From: Candidatus Brockarchaeota archaeon
Lineage (GTDB): Archaea > Thermoproteota > EX4484-205 > JAAOZP01
Direction: 5' to 3'
Assembly (NCBI GenBank): GCA_017601345.1
Contig: JAFNIT010000003.1
Span: 4,994 to 68,993, forward strand
Length of the DNA stretch: 64,000 nt
Every line of letters starts with the position of its first letter. Position 1 is the first letter of the stretch. The position numbers and the translations under genes were made by a program. Shown piece after piece: positions 1-9,663 of the stretch. Under the pieces are notes generated by a model. It saw only the letters and a program-made list of their open reading frames with translations, was not told the origin of the DNA and searched no databases.

Positions 1-359
1 CCGACATTGCTACGTGCCAAGTGACTATAATAGCCTCCGTTGAAAAAACCAGGGTATGGCAAATCATAATCTTTACCAAAAGTCGTAATCAGTCTAACAA
101 TACCCCCGAGTCTCGCAACGCCGTACGCCACATGAGGAGCTCTGCCCCCATAGCTATAGTGAACAGACGAAACACTATGATGCGTTAAGACGGAATATAC
201 TTTCTCCTTATCCCACTCGGAACCAAGAAGCTCGCTGATCTGGGAAATGGGAATCGTCTTTTTAAGAAAGGGGTGAAATGACTTGGGCAGTTTGTAAAAA
301 GAGTCTATCTTAAAATGCTCGTCTTTCCCAGTACTCCCTACTATCAGTATGTGCCCCAT
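1..359 (-). CDS. PfkB/ribokinase-family carbohydrate kinase, N-terminal part (gene runs off the window start)
   Basis: Not in the ORF track because it is truncated. Minus-strand ATG at 359-357 reads MGHILIVGSTGKDEHF...YSYGGRAPHVAYGVARLGGIVRLITTFGKDY, resembling the PfkB N-terminal GG / ARLG signature. Confidence 0.5.
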   Translation of the reverse strand, partial: MGHILIVGSTGKDEHFKIDSFYKLPKSFHPFLKKTIPISQISELLGSEWDKEKVYSVLTHHSVSSVHYSYGGRAPHVAYGVARLGGIVRLITTFGKDYDLPYPGFFNGGYYSHLARSNV

Positions 360-382
360 GAAATTTCTACTATTAACAGAAA

Positions 383-850
383 GTGTTATTAAAGAGTTTC
401 TGTTCTTATTCAATTAAAGTGATAAAGGAAAACGAGAGTAAAAAAGACTATTTAGAGTGGTTAGACAGAGGACTAAGCAAGGTACCTAAGACTGAAAGCA
501 GGGATAGACTGAATGTACCAAGCGTTGAGTGCATAAACGAGAAGAATAAGACGATAATTCAGAACTTAAACCAGATAGCAGATATACTAAACAGGGATCC
601 TAAACATATCCTAAAGTACATAACTCTTAGACTAGCTACTTCTTATTCTGAAATCGGAGAAGGACGTTATATTTTAAAGGGTAGGATACTCGATAAGCAG
701 CTTGATTCAGTAATATCGGATTACATAAAGGCCTACGTGGAGTGTCCCGTATGCAAGAGGCCGGACACTAAGCTGAGTAAGGAGAAGCGCAACATAATAC
801 AACTGGTTTGTTTGAGCTGCGGAGCAGTCTCTCCTGTTAAGAGCCTTTGA
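383..850 (+). CDS. eif2b: translation initiation factor aIF-2 beta subunit
   Basis: C-terminal zinc ribbon CPVCKRPDTKL...LVCLSCGAVSPV and central NRDPKHILKYITLRLATS are typical of aIF2-beta. In-frame GTG at 419 is a more family-typical start. Confidence 0.9.
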   Translation: MLLKSFCSYSIKVIKENESKKDYLEWLDRGLSKVPKTESRDRLNVPSVECINEKNKTIIQNLNQIADILNRDPKHILKYITLRLATSYSEIGEGRYILKGRILDKQLDSVISDYIKAYVECPVCKRPDTKLSKEKRNIIQLVCLSCGAVSPVKSL

Positions 851-853
851 AAA

Positions 854-1159
854 ATGGAAAAAAGATTCTATGTGAAGGAGCATGTCGTAGGTAATACTCG
901 GATAGTAGGAGCGTGTGACATGGAACTTCTTGGCAAAACTATTCATGACGAAACTGGTTTAAAGATAAACGTGACGGAGAAGTTTTACGGCGGCGTCCTT
1001 GTGGATGAAAAAGAGCTCCTAAGACTTATTGAAAAAGCGAATTCTGTCAACCTTGTTGGAAACAAGGTTGTAAGAGTTGTTTTAGAAAGAGGTTTGGGCG
1101 GGTTGGGTAATGTTAAGGAAATCGGTGGAGTAATGCTGATGATGATAATACGTCTTTAA
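854..1159 (+). CDS. DUF424-family protein (conserved archaeal neighbour of aIF2-beta)
   Basis: 101 aa. FYVKEHVVGNTRIVGACDMELLGKT...FYGGVLVDEKELLRLIEKANSVNLVGNKVV matches the DUF424 pattern as I recall it. Sits directly after aIF2-beta. Confidence 0.75.
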   Translation: MEKRFYVKEHVVGNTRIVGACDMELLGKTIHDETGLKINVTEKFYGGVLVDEKELLRLIEKANSVNLVGNKVVRVVLERGLGGLGNVKEIGGVMLMMIIRL

Positions 1160-1228
1160 AAACGCATCCATAAAAAGGTTTGGCATATAGTTTATTAGGG
1201 AGGGCAAACATTTGATGCAAGGGAACGC

Positions 1229-1570
1229 ATGGGAAAGAGAAAAGTATATAGTGAGAGGGATATTTCCGAGACCCTAGTAATGCCTTCTGAAGGACAGTTA
1301 TTCGGAAGAGTAGAAGGGCTTCTAGGGTCGAATTGGGCTGTAGTATTATGCTCCGATGGCAAGGTTAGGCAGTGTAGGCTAAGAGGCAAGCTTAGAAGGA
1401 AAATATGGATTAAGCTGAACGATATTGTTCTGGTTGAACCGTGGTCTTTTCAACCTGACCGTGGCGAGATTCTTCACAGGTATACGATTGGTCAGATAGA
1501 CTATCTTATCAAAAACGGTTTCATCACAAAGGAGCTTGCCGGTGAAGTTGAAGAGCAGACTGGTGGGTAA
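1229..1570 (+). CDS. eif1a: translation initiation factor aIF-1A
   Basis: 113 aa. S1-like OB fold sequence GQLFGRVEGLLGSNWAVVLCSDGKVRQCRLRGKLRRKIWIKLNDIVLVEPW. Confidence 0.9.
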   Translation: MGKRKVYSERDISETLVMPSEGQLFGRVEGLLGSNWAVVLCSDGKVRQCRLRGKLRRKIWIKLNDIVLVEPWSFQPDRGEILHRYTIGQIDYLIKNGFITKELAGEVEEQTGG

Positions 1571-1620
1571 TACTTTTAGTTTAAGAGCAAAAAGAACTGT
1601 ATTATTAGGATAGTGGCATT

Positions 1621-2409
1621 ATGACCCATAGAAAAGTGTTTGACAAGCTTGAGCTTAGAGAGAAACTAATAGAAAAACTTCAAAAGATGAAAGTTAAGAG
1701 GAGCGAGGACTTCAAGGTTTTCAGCGAAGTTTTCAACGTGGAAGTATTGATGCAGCTTTATGATTTGTTGAGGAAAGGAGTTTTGAAAGAGTTTAACGGA
1801 GAGGTTTCCTCGGGTAAAGAGTCCAAGGTTTACCATGCTGTTGCAAAAGGCAATGTCGAGGTTGCTGTTAAAATATACCTCACGGTCAATACAGAGATAA
1901 GGCGCATGATGCTGAAATACATAGTTGGTGATAGGCGCTTTGAAAAAGTAAAGAGCGATAGCAGATCACTCGTATATACGTGGGCAAGGAAGGAGTATGC
2001 TAATTTGAATACGATGTATATGGTAGGGCTTTCCGTTCCCCGACCCATTTTGGTTCAGAAGAATATTTTGATAATGAAGTTCCTCGGAGAAAATGGACAA
2101 AGAGCACCCCTCTTAAAAGAAGTATCGTCGCTAAATAATCCACGTGAAATTTATGAACAGATAATTGACTTCGTAGCTAAAAGCTATAAGAAGGCGAAGC
2201 TAGTTCACGCCGACCTTAGTGAGTATAACGTAATGATCTGGAATGGTGAACCTTTTATCATAGATGTTTCGCAAGCAGTTCCTGTAACGCACCCTTTGGC
2301 TGAAGAATTTTTAAAGAGAGATGTGGAAAATATAAATAGGTTCTTTCTAAAAAAGGGCTGGGTTGCTGAAGTAGTGTCATTGGAGGAGGTTGTTAAGAAA
2401 GTTGGTTAA
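1621..2409 (+). CDS. rio1: RIO-type serine/threonine protein kinase (Rio1)
   Basis: 262 aa. SSGKESKVYHA...VAVKIY nucleotide-binding region, LVHADLSEYNVM catalytic loop, IIDVSQAV. Lies in the conserved archaeal aIF1A-Rio1-KH arrangement. Confidence 0.9.
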   Translation: MTHRKVFDKLELREKLIEKLQKMKVKRSEDFKVFSEVFNVEVLMQLYDLLRKGVLKEFNGEVSSGKESKVYHAVAKGNVEVAVKIYLTVNTEIRRMMLKYIVGDRRFEKVKSDSRSLVYTWARKEYANLNTMYMVGLSVPRPILVQKNILIMKFLGENGQRAPLLKEVSSLNNPREIYEQIIDFVAKSYKKAKLVHADLSEYNVMIWNGEPFIIDVSQAVPVTHPLAEEFLKRDVENINRFFLKKGWVAEVVSLEEVVKKVG

Positions 2410-2983
2410 TGTCCTCTTCCTAGATATTCCGCAGGAGAGAGTAGGCGTCTTAATAGGAAAGAATGGTGAAGTTAAAAAGGAGCTTGAAGAAAAAATTGGT
2501 GTTAAAATCCATGTAGAGTCTGATGGACTGGTTAAGGTAGAGTACAGCACTGAAAACCCTGAGGTATACTTTAAGCTTAAAAAAGTATCTGACGCAATAT
2601 CTTGCGGATTCTCCGGAGAGGATGCTTTAAAACTTCTTGATGACGATGTTGTATTGAAGAAGATTGACCTTAGGGATTTTACAAACGAATCTTCGCAGAG
2701 AATGAAGATTCTTAAGGGAAGAATAATAGGAAGAGGAGGAAAGGTTTGGAAGAGGATTGAAAAACTCGCGGATGTTAAAATAGCAGTATACAAATATAAC
2801 GTTGGAATAATTGGCAGTGAGGAAAACTGCGAAATAGCATTTAGGACGATTCTTAAAATACTTGAGGGCTCGCAATTCAGCACCGTATTCCGGTATTTGG
2901 AAAACAAGAGGAGAGTATTAGAAAGGGGAATCTGGGTCGAGAGGAGTGAATTAACGGAAGATGAGTCAAGAGGAGAAGTTTAA
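2390..2983 (+). CDS. KH-domain RNA-binding protein (Dim2/Pno1-like)
   Basis: 197 aa with two KH-like GxxG segments (LIGKNGEVKKELEEKIGVKI; IIGRGGKVWKRIEKLADVKI). Overlaps the rio1 end and the top6B start. Confidence 0.75.
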   Translation: MLRKLVNVLFLDIPQERVGVLIGKNGEVKKELEEKIGVKIHVESDGLVKVEYSTENPEVYFKLKKVSDAISCGFSGEDALKLLDDDVVLKKIDLRDFTNESSQRMKILKGRIIGRGGKVWKRIEKLADVKIAVYKYNVGIIGSEENCEIAFRTILKILEGSQFSTVFRYLENKRRVLERGIWVERSELTEDESRGEV

Positions 2984-4523
2984 GGAGATAAGCCCAGCTG
3001 ATTTCTTCTACAGGAACAGGGATATAGCCGGATTCTCTAATCCTGTTAGGGCACTTTACACAGCTGTAAGAGAGCTTGTTGAAAACTCTCTAGATGCATG
3101 CGAAGCCAGGGGAATATTGCCTGATATAATCCTCTTTTTAAATATTGAAGGACAGGCTGATAGTGAGAGAAATATTGTTAAGATAAAAATCGCAGACAAT
3201 GGAGGAGGTATTCCTCCAGAGCATATTCCCAATGCGTTCGGCAAAATACTTTTCGGATCCAAATATACACTAATACAGTCTAGGGGCACCTTTGGACTAG
3301 GAGGTAAGATGGCATATCTCTACGGTCAAATAACTACTAATAACCCTCTTGAAGTAACCGTCGGATATCGGAAAAAAATATTTTTCTTCAAGATAATGAT
3401 AGATATAAAGAAGAATGAGCCGATAATTTTAGAAAGAAAGGAAAAGCCTAATCTCACCGGATGGAACGGGACTATTGTGAGTTTTACTCTTGAAGGCGAT
3501 TACTTCAGAGCCTTTCCGAAAATACTTGAATATATTAAGCTTAGTGCTCTAGTCACACCGTATGGCAACATTACGCTGGTAGATACTTACGGTAGGCTAA
3601 TCAGGTTTTCTCGAAGCACTCTTAAAATGCCTAATCCCCCTAGGGAAACGTTGCCTCATCCTCATGGTGTTGATGTAGAGATGGTGAAGAGGCTTGTTGA
3701 AGAAAATAAGAAGAGAACTCTTCTTTCATTTTTGACTAAAAGTTTCCATAGAGTAGGAAAAGAAACAGCCAAGAAGATACTGGAGCAGCTTAAACTTCCG
3801 CCTGATGAAAGCGTTGGAAGTCTTGGATTGAATGAAATCGTAAGGCTTACTCAAGCCCTTAAGAGTTACGATGATTTTCTCCCACCTGATGCGAGCGTCC
3901 TTTCACCAATAGGGGAGGAGCTTCTAAAAGAAGGGATTAAGAAGGAGCTTGAGCCCGAAGTATTGGCCGTTGAAAGTAGGAGGCCGCAAGCATACTCAGG
4001 ACATCCTTTCATAGTGGAAGTAGGAATAGCATACGGAGGCAAGATAACACCACCTCCAGATGGTTCCCCAATAATATATAGATATGCTAACAGGATCCCC
4101 CTCCTCTATGATGAGGCTAACGACGTAGCTTACAAGGTTGTTAACAAACTGATGAATTGGAAGCGTTATAAGATTGACCCAAGGATAGATCCTGTTAGAA
4201 TAATCGTACACATATGTTCTACAAAAATACCTTATAAGACGGTTGGTAAAGAGTATGTTGCTGATAGGCCCGAGATAGAAAGAGAAATCCTGAACGGATT
4301 GAGAAATACTAGTAGAGAGATTTCAACATACCTCTCCAGAAAAAGGAGCGTGGAGAGAGAAAAGAAAAGATTGGATGTTTACCGTAAATATTTGCCTATG
4401 ATAATAAAGTTTGCAGAAGAGGCTGCGGGAGGTAGAATAAGGATTAAAGAGGCAGATATCAAATCTTTGTTAAGCAAAATAGACAGGTATCGAACGATTC
4501 AGGAGCAGGAGGAAAAAGCTTAA
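2961..4523 (+). CDS. top6B: DNA topoisomerase VI subunit B
   Basis: 520 aa. Bergerat/GHKL ATPase N-terminus ISPADFFYRNRDIAGFSNPVRALYTAVRELVENSLDA...DNGGGIP...GTFGLGGKMA. Confidence 0.95.
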   Translation: MSQEEKFKEISPADFFYRNRDIAGFSNPVRALYTAVRELVENSLDACEARGILPDIILFLNIEGQADSERNIVKIKIADNGGGIPPEHIPNAFGKILFGSKYTLIQSRGTFGLGGKMAYLYGQITTNNPLEVTVGYRKKIFFFKIMIDIKKNEPIILERKEKPNLTGWNGTIVSFTLEGDYFRAFPKILEYIKLSALVTPYGNITLVDTYGRLIRFSRSTLKMPNPPRETLPHPHGVDVEMVKRLVEENKKRTLLSFLTKSFHRVGKETAKKILEQLKLPPDESVGSLGLNEIVRLTQALKSYDDFLPPDASVLSPIGEELLKEGIKKELEPEVLAVESRRPQAYSGHPFIVEVGIAYGGKITPPPDGSPIIYRYANRIPLLYDEANDVAYKVVNKLMNWKRYKIDPRIDPVRIIVHICSTKIPYKTVGKEYVADRPEIEREILNGLRNTSREISTYLSRKRSVEREKKRLDVYRKYLPMIIKFAEEAAGGRIRIKEADIKSLLSKIDRYRTIQEQEEKA

Positions 4524-4807
4524 TCTGCTCATCATTTAGAAAATTAAGGCCCATATGCTGCCTATGAAACCTATGGAATTAAGCTAATTTTTCTACGTAC
4601 TATTTATAGGCGGCCCATGTCCCATTTTCCAATAGCAGTTTTCTATCTGTTATCGTAAAATTCTAATAATTAGTTTTTTTTGTTTATGACTATGGGCATA
4701 AGATGAATTTTTACTAAACATGACAAAAAATAAAATGTCTCATAAAGGACAAAAATGCTCGTATTGGTGCTTAAATAAGATTAAGTAATCAGAATAATGG
4801 AGGAGGG

Positions 4808-5119
4808 ATGCAGATACTTAGAGTTGCGATGGAGCATTTCACACCTCTTCTTGGAGAAGGCGAACAAGCCATAAGCTCTGACTGGTTTACGAAGCTACTT
4901 GAAAACATTATAAGCTCTATTGAGAAAACTGTTTCAATGTTTTCAAGTATGATACTACGAGCATCATTACGTATATTATCGATGATCTACGCTCCCATGG
5001 CTGTGGTAGGGGTAATACTCTACGTAACTAGAATAAACAAGTATCTAGGTAGAGACTTGATATACGGAGCATTGGTAATAGCCTTCTTTGCAGAATTCAT
5101 ACTACCAACACTATTGTGA
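4808..5119 (+). CDS. hypothetical membrane protein
   Basis: 103-aa ORF with two C-terminal hydrophobic helices, preceded by GGAGGG 2 nt upstream of the ATG. No recognisable family. Confidence 0.4.
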   Translation: MQILRVAMEHFTPLLGEGEQAISSDWFTKLLENIISSIEKTVSMFSSMILRASLRILSMIYAPMAVVGVILYVTRINKYLGRDLIYGALVIAFFAEFILPTLL

Positions 5120-5161
5120 GCAAACCTTAAATCAAGCTGATTAAAAACCCCTCTAGAAAAA

Positions 5162-6454
5162 ATGGGAGAAAACATATTTAGAATAAAGAGGGTTAGGGGA
5201 AGGGAAATAATAGACTCAAGGAGCAACCCGACAGTTGAAGCGATTGTCGAACTTGAAGGAGGAAGTATAGGTCGAGCCGGTGTACCTTCTGGTGCTTCTA
5301 CCGGAAGATACGAGGCTATTGAGCTGAGGGACAGGGATGAGAAAAGGTTCCATGGTCTAGGTGTTTCCAAGGCTGTTAGAAATATCAATGAGGTTATAGG
5401 CCCGGCGTTAGTTGGTTTGGATTCTAGAAATCAACGTGAAATAGATGCTAAGATGCTTGAGCTCGATGGGACTCAGAACAAGTCTAAATTAGGAGCAAAC
5501 GCTATTCTAGCAGTCTCTCTAGGTAATGCTCTGGCAGCTTCTGAAGCTAGTCGAATGGAGTTTTTCGAGTATCTTGGAGAAGACAAAGGCGTGGTTCTTC
5601 CAGTCCCGCTGATGAATGTGATAAACGGGGGGAAACATGCCGGCAATGACTTATCTATACAAGAGTTTATGATAATACCCGCCGGCTTCAAGGATTTTCC
5701 AAGTGCATTAAGAGCAGGTGTAGAAGTCTACCAGACTCTCAAAAATGTGATAGTTAAAAAATACGGGAGATCGTCTATAAACGTCGGTGACGAAGGTGGT
5801 TTTGCACCGCCTCTTAGTCTTACGGAGCAAGCTTTGGAACTACTCCATACGGCAATCAAAGAGACAGGATATTCTTTAACCGAAGTGTTTCTTGGAATAG
5901 ATGCTGCTTCATCTTCATTCTACGATTCCTCATCCGGCAAGTATAGGGTAGACGGTAAGAACCTTACCAGTGGTGACCTCTTAGATTATTATGTCGAATT
6001 AGTCTCAAGATTTAAGTTGAAGTCCATAGAGGACCCTTTTGAAGAAAACGATTTCAAATCCTTCGCGGAAATAACTAGGAAAATAGGTTCAAAGGTACAG
6101 ATAGTTGGTGACGACCTTTTCGTAACAAATAGGGAGAGGCTTGTTAACGGTATCAGAAATGGTGCTGCAAACGCCCTGCTTTTCAAGCTCAATCAATGCG
6201 GCTCCCTCACCGAGTCGCTGGATACGTTTAAGACCGCGGTTGAGAATAAATATAGAGTTATAGTGAGCCACAGGTCTGGAGAAACGGAAGACACTTACAT
6301 TTCCGATATTGCCGTCGCCCTCAACGCAGGCCAAATAAAGACTGGAGCACCGTGTAGGGGGGAAAGAACTGCGAAATACAATAGGTTGCTCAGGATAAAC
6401 GATAAATTAGGATCTAGGGCTAAATACGGTGGGCTAGAAGTCTTTAATTTCTAG
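5162..6454 (+). CDS. eno: enolase (phosphopyruvate hydratase)
   Basis: 430 aa. REIIDSRSNPTVEA..., SGASTGRYEA, NVINGGKHAGN, IVGDDLFVTN, SHRSGETEDT. Confidence 0.95.
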   Translation: MGENIFRIKRVRGREIIDSRSNPTVEAIVELEGGSIGRAGVPSGASTGRYEAIELRDRDEKRFHGLGVSKAVRNINEVIGPALVGLDSRNQREIDAKMLELDGTQNKSKLGANAILAVSLGNALAASEASRMEFFEYLGEDKGVVLPVPLMNVINGGKHAGNDLSIQEFMIIPAGFKDFPSALRAGVEVYQTLKNVIVKKYGRSSINVGDEGGFAPPLSLTEQALELLHTAIKETGYSLTEVFLGIDAASSSFYDSSSGKYRVDGKNLTSGDLLDYYVELVSRFKLKSIEDPFEENDFKSFAEITRKIGSKVQIVGDDLFVTNRERLVNGIRNGAANALLFKLNQCGSLTESLDTFKTAVENKYRVIVSHRSGETEDTYISDIAVALNAGQIKTGAPCRGERTAKYNRLLRINDKLGSRAKYGGLEVFNF

Positions 6455-7718
6455 AGACAGCTTCTAGTAGGACTTTTCTAGTGCCTCCTGTCCCAAACAC
6501 GTTTTCTTTTCTAACACTAAGTATTATCGGGATATTGTTTGTAACATTTCCAAATGCTAAGCACTTTCCAACTGGAAGTGTTGGGACGAGGCTCATTAAA
6601 GACTCTGCATCTATCTTAGACATTTTCGAAATATAGCTTAAGTCATTCTCATTCATCAAGCTGAATATAAAACAATTATCAGCCTGTCTGTATACGAATT
6701 TCATTAGGCTATCGGGCTCATTGGTTATGAAGACTACTGATAATCCAATATGCCTCATTCGAGTTATATAATCTTCCCATGTTTTTTCATCCAGATAGGA
6801 TTGTGCTTCTTCAGCAAATAGGAACAGGGGCTTTATTTCACCGTCTTCAAGCATTTTAACAACTTTATTAAGCACAGTCTCGACGATTAGCTGTCTGAAA
6901 TGCTTCGGAAGGCCCCTTAGGTTTATAACTATAGCTTTATCAGAGACTTCCCTGAGTAGTTTATCAAGATCTGTTGCCTCATCGCTGAATAATCCGCTTT
7001 CTTTCAAGACCGTCAACCTCCTAATAAGCGCCTCCTTGACGAGATCGTTAAACCTTCCGAAGAACACCTCGTTCCAAAGGTTTTTTAGACTTAGCAAACC
7101 CCTGCTTTCTAGAGAGTCGAGTATCCTTCTCAACTCCCATACTGATGAAGGTGGAAGGCCCATTATTGTTTCCATCAGGCTTATGAAAAGCTCTTTACCC
7201 AATCCGGATATACTTAGAAACATGTTTCCACCTGGTTTCAGAACTAGGAATTTATTTCTCATAGTAGTGGGCTCGTACTCACCGTTTATATCAAACACAA
7301 GACAACGGCCGCCATGCTCTATGATTCTCACTACTAGCGTCTTCGACAAATTGGACTTTCCCGATCCTTTTCTACCGACTATTAGAGTTAAACCCCCGTC
7401 TAAGGCGCTCAAATCGATCTCAGCATTCTCGCTTATCTTTACTGGCATTAGGTATTTGTTTACAACAAGCTCTCTTAACTCCTCGCTGCTCGGCTCATAG
7501 ATCTTAGAGCCTATCCTAGAAGGAGCCCATTGGAAATCTATATTCTCATCCCCGAGGGAAAATGCTGCACGAACCTTGCAGACCAATATCCGTGAGTCTA
7601 AAAGCTCATCCAATATTTTCTTAAGTCCCTCATCCTCCTCCAGAACATAATATGATTCTTCTCTTTTGCTTATTCTTATTATCTCTTCGACTTCTCCAGG
7701 AATACTCAGATAGTTCAC
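6444..7718 (-). CDS. HerA/DUF87-family P-loop ATPase (frame stays open upstream to 7880 with no canonical start)
   Basis: Walker A GRKGSGKSNLSKT, Walker B-like PLFLFAEEAQSY, C-terminal VFITNEPDSL. The upstream in-frame stretch GRDRIVGSYLILVDTNAKRKLLLQIIDV looks like a HerA N-terminal barrel. Confidence 0.8.
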   Translation of the reverse strand: MNYLSIPGEVEEIIRISKREESYYVLEEDEGLKKILDELLDSRILVCKVRAAFSLGDENIDFQWAPSRIGSKIYEPSSEELRELVVNKYLMPVKISENAEIDLSALDGGLTLIVGRKGSGKSNLSKTLVVRIIEHGGRCLVFDINGEYEPTTMRNKFLVLKPGGNMFLSISGLGKELFISLMETIMGLPPSSVWELRRILDSLESRGLLSLKNLWNEVFFGRFNDLVKEALIRRLTVLKESGLFSDEATDLDKLLREVSDKAIVINLRGLPKHFRQLIVETVLNKVVKMLEDGEIKPLFLFAEEAQSYLDEKTWEDYITRMRHIGLSVVFITNEPDSLMKFVYRQADNCFIFSLMNENDLSYISKMSKIDAESLMSLVPTLPVGKCLAFGNVTNNIPIILSVRKENVFGTGGTRKVLLEAVSRN

Positions 7719-7849
7719 ATCTATTATTTGGAGAAGAAGCTTCCTTTTAGCATTCGTATCAACAAGGATTAAATAACTTCCAACAATCCTATCTCTGCCA
7801 GGGACTTCAAGAAGCTCGTATGTTACACCATTTTTCCTAAGTATCGTTA

Positions 7850-8713
7850 TCAGCTCCAGAACCCTCCTAAGAGCATCTTCCTATTATCTACTTCTCTCAA
7901 GACTTCTATACCAAATTTCTTCTGCATAATGCATTTTAGCGTCAAGACTTCCACTGGCAGTATCTTGGAATAGATGTGCGCAATTCTTAACGTTTCAGGA
8001 TAACCGTATTCCACACCGTCTAGAGATATTAAGGAGGCAAGTACTTTAATAACATCGTCTAATTCGATTGAAGGACATACCTCAATTTTTAACAAGGGAC
8101 CTCCTAGACTAAGCCTAACTAGATACTCCCCACTACTCCTACCGTTTAATATAGACCCTACAAACGGCGACTCCTCAATTTCCTCGGGTAAGCGTATAGA
8201 GGGGAATAAGAATCCTTTTGAAACAGAAATAATGATGTTTGAAGATCTCTTAAGAGTGTCGATTAAGCTAAACGGTTTATCTAAATTAGTTATTTCACTT
8301 AAACTCCCGTCTAAAAGTATCATTGAGTTTCTGGCCGAGTCAATGTTTTTCAATTGCTCTTCTAACTCAAAAGAGACTTGAGTATCGGATATTTCGCCGA
8401 GAACTATCATTGGCCTAGTCCTATTTATGGTAAGCGAATCACTCCTCTTAATGACGGTCGCACCTCTAATAGCATAAACTTCCCCTAAGCTGCTTATTCC
8501 CACCTTAACTGTTGAGACATCGATAGCAACAATGCTGCCAAAATGTGCTCTTTCCTCTAGAGATATTTGTGAAAATTCTCCTATTCTAATCTTGTCAATA
8601 CCATTTATCTTTAACCGTATTTCTCTCTCATCTAAAATCCGTGGCTCCGTACGTTGCCGCCTAACCCTATTGAGTGAGATTAGGCTTTGCTGCTGACCCG
8701 CTTTCACCTTCAA
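7850..8713 (-). CDS. NurA-family nuclease-like protein
   Basis: 287 aa. IVAIDVSTVKVG (DxS motif I-like), MILLDGSLSE and YGYPETLRIAHIYSKI match the NurA motif order as I recall it. Immediately upstream of, and overlapping, the HerA-like gene. Confidence 0.65.
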   Translation of the reverse strand: MKVKAGQQQSLISLNRVRRQRTEPRILDEREIRLKINGIDKIRIGEFSQISLEERAHFGSIVAIDVSTVKVGISSLGEVYAIRGATVIKRSDSLTINRTRPMIVLGEISDTQVSFELEEQLKNIDSARNSMILLDGSLSEITNLDKPFSLIDTLKRSSNIIISVSKGFLFPSIRLPEEIEESPFVGSILNGRSSGEYLVRLSLGGPLLKIEVCPSIELDDVIKVLASLISLDGVEYGYPETLRIAHIYSKILPVEVLTLKCIMQKKFGIEVLREVDNRKMLLGGFWS

Positions 8714-9185
8714 TACCCCCTGATAGCATCATTATACCTTTTGTCGATATTTCGAAAGTACCTCTAGCTTGTCTGAGAACAAGCCCCTTCTTAACAAGTT
8801 CTACCAGAGTGTTCTGTATAGTCTTCTTTGAGATATTTGAAACCATTTTAACCATTTCTTCAATACTCATGCTGCTCTTTTCGCGAAGCCCGAGTTTCGA
8901 AGCTGTGTAGCAGCCTGCAAGCAAGTAAAGTATCTTATTCTCGGTGGTCTTATTCTCTTCATCCAGTATTATTATCTCACCGTCGCTTATCTTAACATGT
9001 TGGGAAATAGATGTTAAGAGGTTTTCTAAGTCCGGTGTGTAAACTATCTTGCTAACAATACTGAGATGAGGATAAACATTCGTAAGAAACTTTAAGAGAT
9101 TTGCCACCACTTCGTCCCTGCTACCAGTAAACTCTACCCTAATATTCTTATCCGGTATTTCAAGTCTTATCATGGAGGAACTCAC
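8667..9185 (-). CDS. small two-domain protein with C-terminal winged helix (paralog of 9182..9655)
   Basis: 172 aa. N-terminal IRLEIPDKNIRVEFTGSRDEVVANLLKFL module, C-terminal HTH-like SKKTIQNTLVELVKKGLVLRQARGTFEISTKG. Overlaps both neighbouring genes. Confidence 0.55.
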   Translation of the reverse strand: MSSSMIRLEIPDKNIRVEFTGSRDEVVANLLKFLTNVYPHLSIVSKIVYTPDLENLLTSISQHVKISDGEIIILDEENKTTENKILYLLAGCYTASKLGLREKSSMSIEEMVKMVSNISKKTIQNTLVELVKKGLVLRQARGTFEISTKGIMMLSGGIEGESGSAAKPNLTQ

Positions 9186-9655
9186 CTCAATGCCACCTCC
9201 TCAAGCCTATTAACAATCTCGTCCGCTATTATCTTACCCTTCTCCGTGAGTACGTAGTTACCCAATTCGTTCCTAGTAACAATACCTTCCCTAAGCATTT
9301 CAGAGAGCCTGGAAGGATAACCTACTGAAACAATACCACTCTTGCTCAGCTGCTCACCTATTTCACTGGATTTAAGACCGTTTTCAGCAAACTTCAGAAT
9401 CAGTATTATTGCCTCTCTACTCGTTAAAAGCTCTTCTCTAACAGATAGAACTGGTTTACCCTCTTCATCGTATTTTACGAACGCGGGTAGGACGCTTAGA
9501 GTAGACTTTAACTCGTTCAGCCTCTCTTCGGTCTTTTCGAGTTCTAAGTAAATCTCAGGAATATATTTGATCATCTCCTTAACCTCATTCACATTCTCTC
9601 CAGTTACCTCGACCTCGCTGGATCCCTTCCTATACACCACCCTAATCCCCCTCAA
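9182..9655 (-). CDS. small two-domain protein with C-terminal winged helix (paralog of 8667..9185)
   Basis: 157 aa. N-terminal IRVVYRKGSSEVEVTGENVNEVKEMIKYI module, C-terminal SSEIGEQLSKSGI...PSRLSEMLREGIVTRNELGNYVLTEKG. First gene of the operon. Confidence 0.55.
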   Translation of the reverse strand: MRGIRVVYRKGSSEVEVTGENVNEVKEMIKYIPEIYLELEKTEERLNELKSTLSVLPAFVKYDEEGKPVLSVREELLTSREAIILILKFAENGLKSSEIGEQLSKSGIVSVGYPSRLSEMLREGIVTRNELGNYVLTEKGKIIADEIVNRLEEVALR

Positions 9656-9663
9656 CGTTTACT

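Noticed and set aside
2377-2907. 176-aa minus-strand ORF in the supplied track
   Set aside because: It is fully antisense to the well-supported KH-domain gene. The product is low-complexity and S/L/F/I-rich, typical of a shadow ORF.
4524-4807. AT-rich 284-bp intergenic region after top6B, checked for replication-origin (ORB-like) repeats
   Set aside because: I found no repeated ORB or mini-ORB-like elements or extended inverted repeats, and no orc1/cdc6 gene is nearby.
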